Positions 58,636-64,000 of a stretch of 64,000 nucleotides of DNA are shown here, piece after piece (position 1 is the stretch's first letter; each line of letters begins with the position of its first letter). Under the pieces are notes generated by a model. The model was not told the DNA's origin. It saw only the letters and a program-made list of their open reading frames with translations, and ran no database searches. Where the stretch lies: the NCBI GenBank assembly GCA_029571025.1, contig JAKPTJ010000044.1:1-64000 (forward strand), in the 5' to 3' direction. A program made the position numbers and the translations under genes. Origin of the DNA: Deltaproteobacteria bacterium. Lineage in GTDB: Bacteria > Myxococcota_A > Polyangia > Polyangiales > Polyangiaceae.

Positions 58636-60302
58636 CCGACTTGTGCTCGAATCGCGGCTCTCAACAATGCTTCTTGCCGTGCCTGAGCGCTTCCCAGAGC
58701 GACCGCGCGCGTAAACGAAGACGAAAGCAAAAGGCGAAGGGCCTGCGAGCGCCCCTGCGATGGCGTCCACCCCAGTTCATCCGCCACGATGGCACCCGCA
58801 CGAAGGACGCAATGCAGCCCCGCGCATGGTCCAAGCCCCAAACGAGTACGTCGAGACAAATCCTCGAAGCATCGAACGAATTCATGTCGAACGACGAATC
58901 GGATTTCTTCTTCCGTGATGGCTTCGCAAGAGCAGATGAAGCGAGGCGTACGTTTTGACTCGACGATTTGTTCTGCAATGAGACGCGCGCGACTTCCATG
59001 CCGGTAGATGAGTCGTCGCGCTGCCACCGGGTCGATTCCGCAGATCTTGGCGAGTTCCCCGGCATCGAGGGATTCATCGCCGCCTGGCAAAGGCAGAAGA
59101 TGTGTTTGGGAGGGCTGATGACAATCGAGGCGAGCGGCTACGATGTCGGTCATCTGTTGTGCGAAGATCCGGTAGCTTGCAAGCTTTCCACCGATCATCG
59201 AGTAGATGCCGTCTTTGCCATGGCTGGCGTGATCGATGATCTCGTGTTCACGGGACAATTTGTCAGGAATGGGTCCATAAGCGTACAAGGTGGGTCGCAC
59301 ACCCGCGAAGGTGTGAATGGCTCGTGCGTTTTGGATGGACGGGAATACGCGGCGAATCGCCTCGATGAGATAGCGGACCTCATCACTGGTGGCGGTCACC
59401 TGATCGAGATCGCCGTAGTAGTCGGTGTCGGTAGTGCCCAAAATGCTGACATTTTGCCAAGGTTCGAGAAAGATCTGCCGATTGTCGATGGCCTGAGCCA
59501 CCACGGCGTAGTTGGAAAGGCGTCGGTCGAAAACGACATGGATGCCTTTTCCTGGACGAACGGCCGCGACGGAGGGCGGCATATCCGCGAGGGATGCGGT
59601 CAGGGGGGCCCAAGCGCCGGAAGCGTTGACGACGACGCGCGTCGATACGGAGCCTGATTGATTGGTGATTCGATCCCGCCAGCGAACGGCCATGCGGGCT
59701 GGGGAAGAGGAAAGCAGTTCAAGCCCTTCGACCGTGGTATGCGTGCGAACGTGGGCTCCGCGTTGGTGAGCATCGACGGCATTGGCGGTGCATAGTCGTG
59801 CGCCGTCGATTCCCCATTCATCGAAGGTGACGGCACCAACGATGTCGCCGGACAGGCCTGGCTCGAGAATTCTGGCTTGCTCTGGTGTGAGGCGCGTATG
59901 GGGGCGTCCTCGTTTGAGCGGTTGAAAGCTGTCATAGGCGCCGAAGAAGGCATCCACGAGTTGGAGAAAAATCCGAGAGCCGATGCTGCGATGGATCGGC
60001 ATGATAAACGGGATACGAAAGAGCAAGTGGGGGGCGATTCGTTGAATATAGCCGGAATCTAGGCATGACAATCGGGTGACCTTCGGACTGGAAGTGAGGT
60101 AGCGAACCCCACCGTGGATCATGCCACTGGAGTTGCCGCTAGCGCCGAAGGCCAGGTCATTTCGCTCGAACAAACACGCGGACAACCCTCGGATCGCGCA
60201 ATCTCTGAGCACTCCCGTGCCATTGACACCACCTCCAATCACAACGACATCGTAGTCCGTGTTCGGGTGAGCCAAAGAAAGTGGCGATGGCGCCTCGGTC
60301 AT
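58617..60302 (-). CDS. glpA: FAD-dependent glycerol-3-phosphate dehydrogenase, GlpA-type with C-terminal BFD-like [2Fe-2S] domain
   Basis: DYDVVVIGGGVNGTGVLRDCAIRGL...GGVRYL is the GlpA/GlpD FAD fold. C-terminal CSCEAITEEEIRFV...GLGPCAGLHC is the BFD-like 2Fe-2S motif characteristic of GlpA. Confidence 0.85.
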   Translation of the reverse strand: MTEAPSPLSLAHPNTDYDVVVIGGGVNGTGVLRDCAIRGLSACLFERNDLAFGASGNSSGMIHGGVRYLTSSPKVTRLSCLDSGYIQRIAPHLLFRIPFIMPIHRSIGSRIFLQLVDAFFGAYDSFQPLKRGRPHTRLTPEQARILEPGLSGDIVGAVTFDEWGIDGARLCTANAVDAHQRGAHVRTHTTVEGLELLSSSPARMAVRWRDRITNQSGSVSTRVVVNASGAWAPLTASLADMPPSVAAVRPGKGIHVVFDRRLSNYAVVAQAIDNRQIFLEPWQNVSILGTTDTDYYGDLDQVTATSDEVRYLIEAIRRVFPSIQNARAIHTFAGVRPTLYAYGPIPDKLSREHEIIDHASHGKDGIYSMIGGKLASYRIFAQQMTDIVAARLDCHQPSQTHLLPLPGGDESLDAGELAKICGIDPVAARRLIYRHGSRARLIAEQIVESKRTPRFICSCEAITEEEIRFVVRHEFVRCFEDLSRRTRLGLGPCAGLHCVLRAGAIVADELGWTPSQGRSQALRLLLSSSFTRAVALGSAQARQEALLRAAIRAQVGWGQEP

Positions 60303-60498
60303 GTCGAAAGGTTACCCTTTCCTTCGTCGGTTTTCCGCAATGATGCGACCTTCGCGCAGAAGGTTCAGCTTTCCACGCTAGCGTCTGCCCAGTCGAGAAG
60401 ATCAATCAATAATCAAGAAACAACATAGATTTACAGCATTTCGACTCTTGCTAGGCGATAAGCTCGTCGAACGACGAAGCACTCGTCCCACCGGTTCA

Positions 60499-61566
60499 TC
60501 AAGGTCTGTCGAACCGGTCCAGCACCTCGTCAAGCTTCTCGAAAAGCATTCGATTGCCGTCTTGGTGGTGGTTGCCAAGAGCATCGAAGTACCGGTCTTC
60601 TTGCTGGAGAAACCAAGATAAAACGTCGAACTCGATCTTCGAGGCTCCCAGGCCATAGCCTAATTTTTCGAGGTAGCGCGCGTTCATTTCCTGTTCGAAT
60701 TGGTGGCGGATGGGCACGCTGAAGACGGGTTTTCGCAAGTAGATGGCTTCGTGAATCAGCGACAAGCCGCCATTGGATACGACCGCGCGAGCCGATGACA
60801 GGTCACGGATGAACTGATCTTCGCTGAAGTCTTTGATGATGCAATTGCCTTGCACCTCGTTTCGTCGCAGGCCGTAGATGATGAATTGGTGGTCGGAAAG
60901 GCGACGGAGGGTTGGGATGAGCGACGTATCCGAGACGGAGGTTTGGTAAACGAGGATGTGTTTTGCGCGTGATGATGAAGCGTTGAGGATTTCCGGGCGA
61001 AGGATAGGCGGAACCAGGGTGGTATTTTTCGCGTGCTTCCCTCGGATCTTGGGGAAAAAGAAGGATGTAATGAAGTAGTGATCACAGCCTGGCAGCTTTG
61101 CTTTGACGAAAGCTTTGGTGGAGAAAAAATCGAAGTCGACGCCTTTTCGAATGTCTTCCTCGTGCTCGCAGCGGTGGATGATTTGTTGATTGTCGATGGA
61201 TATGACGGGCGTGGCATGAGCTTTGGCGTAAAGGTAAGCAAAGGAGTCGAAGTCGCTGATGACGAGTTGCGGTGCGAAGTCCACGACTCGTTCGAAGTAC
61301 GCCGCGGCGTTGCCAACGACAATGGCTGGCGAGCGCATCATGTTATCGAGCACGGACCGGTCACGGTCCATGGCTCCATCGTCGTAAGTAATGGAAAGTC
61401 CTTGTATTTCTACGACATCGTCGAAGTGTTTTTTCAAGAAGTGGTAAGCGCGCCCGGACACGACGATGCGAACGCGATGATTGTTTTCCAGAAGGTGGGC
61501 GATGACCACTTTGGATCGCGTGGCATGCCCCATGCCTTCGCCAACGACACCGTATAAAACACGCAT
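60499..61566 (-). CDS. GT-B glycosyltransferase (GT1/GT28-like, MurG/MGT-type)
   Basis: MRVLYGVVGEGMGHATRSKVVIAHL (N-terminal Gly-rich acceptor-domain motif). C-terminal donor domain (VVSNGGLSLIHEAIYLRKPVFSVP). Confidence 0.75.
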   Translation of the reverse strand: MRVLYGVVGEGMGHATRSKVVIAHLLENNHRVRIVVSGRAYHFLKKHFDDVVEIQGLSITYDDGAMDRDRSVLDNMMRSPAIVVGNAAAYFERVVDFAPQLVISDFDSFAYLYAKAHATPVISIDNQQIIHRCEHEEDIRKGVDFDFFSTKAFVKAKLPGCDHYFITSFFFPKIRGKHAKNTTLVPPILRPEILNASSSRAKHILVYQTSVSDTSLIPTLRRLSDHQFIIYGLRRNEVQGNCIIKDFSEDQFIRDLSSARAVVSNGGLSLIHEAIYLRKPVFSVPIRHQFEQEMNARYLEKLGYGLGASKIEFDVLSWFLQQEDRYFDALGNHHQDGNRMLFEKLDEVLDRFDRP

Positions 61567-61592
61567 GGCTTTTCCGGATTCGATGTGAAACG

Positions 61593-63146
61593 TCAGAACG
61601 AGTGAGAAGCTCCAAACGATAGCGCATTGATGACGGAACGATTGGAACCGCCATTGACTGGATAGTCTGTGCGATACGTGGGGGCAGCGCCAGCCAGGCC
61701 TTGGGTTTTGCCGTCCCCTTGGTTGTCGAGGCCTTGATAAAAGACGTGCGCATAAGCCACCATCAGGTCGAGGGCTCCAAACCGGACGGTTCCCCCCACA
61801 TGCAGACCGAACTTGCGAGAGGGGACGTAATCGACGTTCAGGTATTTGGGGTCTTGCGCTTCGGAATCGAAGAAGGCGCCGGCACGTGCGGCCAGTCTAT
61901 TGGGCAACATGACGTAGTCGCCGCCGAGACGAAAACCGAAGGAGTCTTTCCAATGGTGTGGGACGCGCGCATCGGTCGGCATGGCGAAGGCGACACTGGA
62001 ATTCGGATTGGGATCCGCGGGGTTATGCACTTCGAGAAAGACGCCGTCGGGCATGGTGGCGTCGAGATATTTGAAGTGCGAGTTGTTGGCCCACGTCATA
62101 TCGAGTTCGATATCCCAAACGTCGTTGGCGATGGGATCCCGCATTTTCGAATGGATTCCGTCTCTAGGTTGGTGCCATCGAAAACCAACTCGGGCCTGCA
62201 TCGGCCATGGCGCAACGACCTGCACGCTGTCTTTGGGAGCACGCACGGAGTTTCGTGAGCTTGGGCGTTGATGGGGCGGGTCTCCGTAGACACTTCCTTC
62301 GACAGCCATATCTCCTTTGGCGCGGATATCGTCCATCCAGTGGTACCAAGCAGCCACGTCAATGTTTGGCGAGGGCGACCATAACGTGCCGACGGTGAAT
62401 CCCGGAACGAACAGGTCTTTGACATCGATATCGGCTTGGAAATCGAGGTATTGTTCCGCGAGGTATGGGTAGTTTTGAATGGTTTCGCCGGCGGATCGTC
62501 CGGCAGCGAGGATGGAGAACTTCAGCCGAGCGATGCCCCAGATCAACGAAGCACCGAAGCGCAAATCATCGATGGGTTCCCAACCGATACCGATTTGGGG
62601 CCATATGAACAATAGTTCGTCGCTTTGCAGCAGATAGCGTTGGGGGCTCGGGACTTCTCGTTCGACTCCACCGACTCGAGAGCCCGTGACATGGGATGGG
62701 AACGTGAATTGGCCGCGGGTCGAGGGGCCGAGGACGGCGAGGCCCAAGCCAAGACGGTCGGACAATCGTAGGACTCCCGCGAGTTGCGGGTTAGGGAAAG
62801 GGGTACCGCTATCGTCGTTGCAGACTTCGTTGGGGTATTGATAGGCGCCACCATTTCCCAGACGAACGGGGTTGCCGTCGGGGTAGGTGCGTTTCAGACA
62901 ATTTTTTTGCCAGATCAAGGAAGAATTGAGCAGCAGGCTGGAAGGCTGGCCGGCGAGGCCGGCGGGATTGAAAAACGTGGCGAGAGAGTTGGAAGCGCGC
63001 GCGGTCCACGCGCCGGCACGGCCAAGCTGTTCGGTTCCGTTTTCGGGGAATTCGTAGCCCGTCGAAGCATCCGTACGACTCGAAACAAGCGCGAGAGATA
63101 ACGCAGCAGCGATGCAAACCACCGAAGGACATCGAGTCACCTGCAT
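61593..63146 (-). CDS. FadL/OmpP1/TodX-family outer-membrane hydrophobic-compound transporter
   Basis: Signal peptide. N-terminal hatch motif GYEFPENGTEQLGRAGAWTARASNSLATFFNPAGLA (FadL-family NPA-type). C-terminal ...ALSFGASHSF ends in Phe. Confidence 0.75.
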   Translation of the reverse strand: MQVTRCPSVVCIAAALSLALVSSRTDASTGYEFPENGTEQLGRAGAWTARASNSLATFFNPAGLAGQPSSLLLNSSLIWQKNCLKRTYPDGNPVRLGNGGAYQYPNEVCNDDSGTPFPNPQLAGVLRLSDRLGLGLAVLGPSTRGQFTFPSHVTGSRVGGVEREVPSPQRYLLQSDELLFIWPQIGIGWEPIDDLRFGASLIWGIARLKFSILAAGRSAGETIQNYPYLAEQYLDFQADIDVKDLFVPGFTVGTLWSPSPNIDVAAWYHWMDDIRAKGDMAVEGSVYGDPPHQRPSSRNSVRAPKDSVQVVAPWPMQARVGFRWHQPRDGIHSKMRDPIANDVWDIELDMTWANNSHFKYLDATMPDGVFLEVHNPADPNPNSSVAFAMPTDARVPHHWKDSFGFRLGGDYVMLPNRLAARAGAFFDSEAQDPKYLNVDYVPSRKFGLHVGGTVRFGALDLMVAYAHVFYQGLDNQGDGKTQGLAGAAPTYRTDYPVNGGSNRSVINALSFGASHSF

Positions 63147-63176
63147 GGGGACACTCCTTTGGGGAGCCAGGGTTGC

Positions 63177-63971
63177 TTATCGAACGGGGCTAGCTTTGAG
63201 GGCAGCCCTCCCATCCTTGACGTAGACCGTGAATTTGACGCGTTTACACTTGGTTTTGGCAATGAGTTGCTCTCGATTTTTTCGGAGCGTGACCTGAAAC
63301 TTTTCGAAGGTCAGCCCGGAGGTGGGCTCTCCACATTGTTTTTTGGTTCGGAGGAATTCCTCGAAGGTGTTGTGCCATTCGGCGATCTCACCGGCTTCTT
63401 CCACCGCGGCATGGGCACCGGTCGCGGAGGCTTCGAGGATTTCGGGAGGGACCGCGGAAACGACGGTAGCATCGTCATCATCCTCGGAGGGGGCTAGGTT
63501 GGGAGTCATCGCGTCGGCCGGTTTTGGCGCAGGCATTTTCGGTGAGTCTGGCTTTGGAGCCGGCATTTGGGGCTTGCTGTCCGGTGATGGTTTGGGAGCA
63601 GGCATTTGCACGGGCATTTTTGGGGCCGATTCACGGAGCGGAGGCACACGAAGAGGCCCAGATGTGGACGGGGAAGCGCCATCGACCGGGAATGAAAACG
63701 CACTCATTTCGGGCTGAGCTGGGATGGGTCCAAGCACCGATTCGAGGTCGGCGGCTTTTCGTGGGACACCGCCTTTGGCCGCCACCTTGTCTGTCCCATC
63801 ATTCAGGTCGCTTGCGATTTTTCGGTACAATCCTCTGAATTTGCTGACTTGAAGCATGTCGATCTCGCCCTTGGCCAGGCGTTCGGCTTCAGCCTTGAGA
63901 ATTCGAAGAGGCCGAGTGTGTTCGAAAAGAGAGAAAACGAGACCGAGTCCAGCCCCCAGCACGACAATCAA
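63177..63971 (-). CDS. Pro-rich membrane-anchored hypothetical protein (N-terminus may lie beyond the window)
   Basis: N-terminal TM (IVVLGAGLGLVFSLF). Tandem MPAPKP(S/D) repeats. Conserved-looking C-terminal about 80 aa. The ORF is open to the window end. Confidence 0.4.
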   Translation of the reverse strand: MIVVLGAGLGLVFSLFEHTRPLRILKAEAERLAKGEIDMLQVSKFRGLYRKIASDLNDGTDKVAAKGGVPRKAADLESVLGPIPAQPEMSAFSFPVDGASPSTSGPLRVPPLRESAPKMPVQMPAPKPSPDSKPQMPAPKPDSPKMPAPKPADAMTPNLAPSEDDDDATVVSAVPPEILEASATGAHAAVEEAGEIAEWHNTFEEFLRTKKQCGEPTSGLTFEKFQVTLRKNREQLIAKTKCKRVKFTVYVKDGRAALKASPVR

Positions 63972-64000
63972 AGCGATGATCCACCAAGGCTGGCTCTTTT

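Noticed and set aside
1-64000. CRISPR arrays, transposases, insertion sequences
   Set aside because: No regularly spaced direct repeats and no transposase/integrase-like ORFs detected on reading both strands.

Overview
High-GC (about 68-70%) chromosomal segment with the hallmarks of a Myxococcota genome: MYXO-CTERM-type sorting tails, many secreted lipoproteins, a eukaryotic-like Ser/Thr kinase, PP2C and cNMP signalling proteins, and an ECF sigma module. I support about 50 protein genes and two tRNAs (tRNA-Pro(CGG) on the minus strand, tRNA-Arg(TCT) on the plus strand). The most striking locus is a near full-length bacterial homologue of the eukaryotic major vault protein (MVP, 26725..29187 -). 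It aligns along the MVP-repeat, shoulder, cap-helix and cap-ring regions, and sits beside tRNA-Pro and an odd low-complexity non-coding tract. A second notable system is a TetR / glycyl-radical-enzyme activase / 1035-aa glycyl radical enzyme operon (42611..47343 -). The enzyme has a Cys-x-Glu ('GCVEP') active-site loop and a long N-terminal extension; its substrate is unknown. Other items worth a second look are listed here.
- A PP2C-phosphatase::cNMP-binding fusion next to a cNMP-binding::DUF1003 membrane protein.
- A PlsC-acyltransferase::alpha/beta-hydrolase fusion next to an FxsA homologue.
- A Tat-lipoprotein TldD translationally coupled to a signal-less PmbA.
- A histidine kinase with a Rossmann-like N-domain and a Cys-cluster PAS domain.
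- A DUF1844-HtrA-ECF sigma-anti-sigma operon with overlapping stop/start codons.
- glpA-glpB without glpC.
- Two amino-sugar/polysaccharide gene sets.
I found no CRISPR array, integrase or transposase. Many long opposite-strand ORFs in the track are GC-driven shadow ORFs and were rejected.
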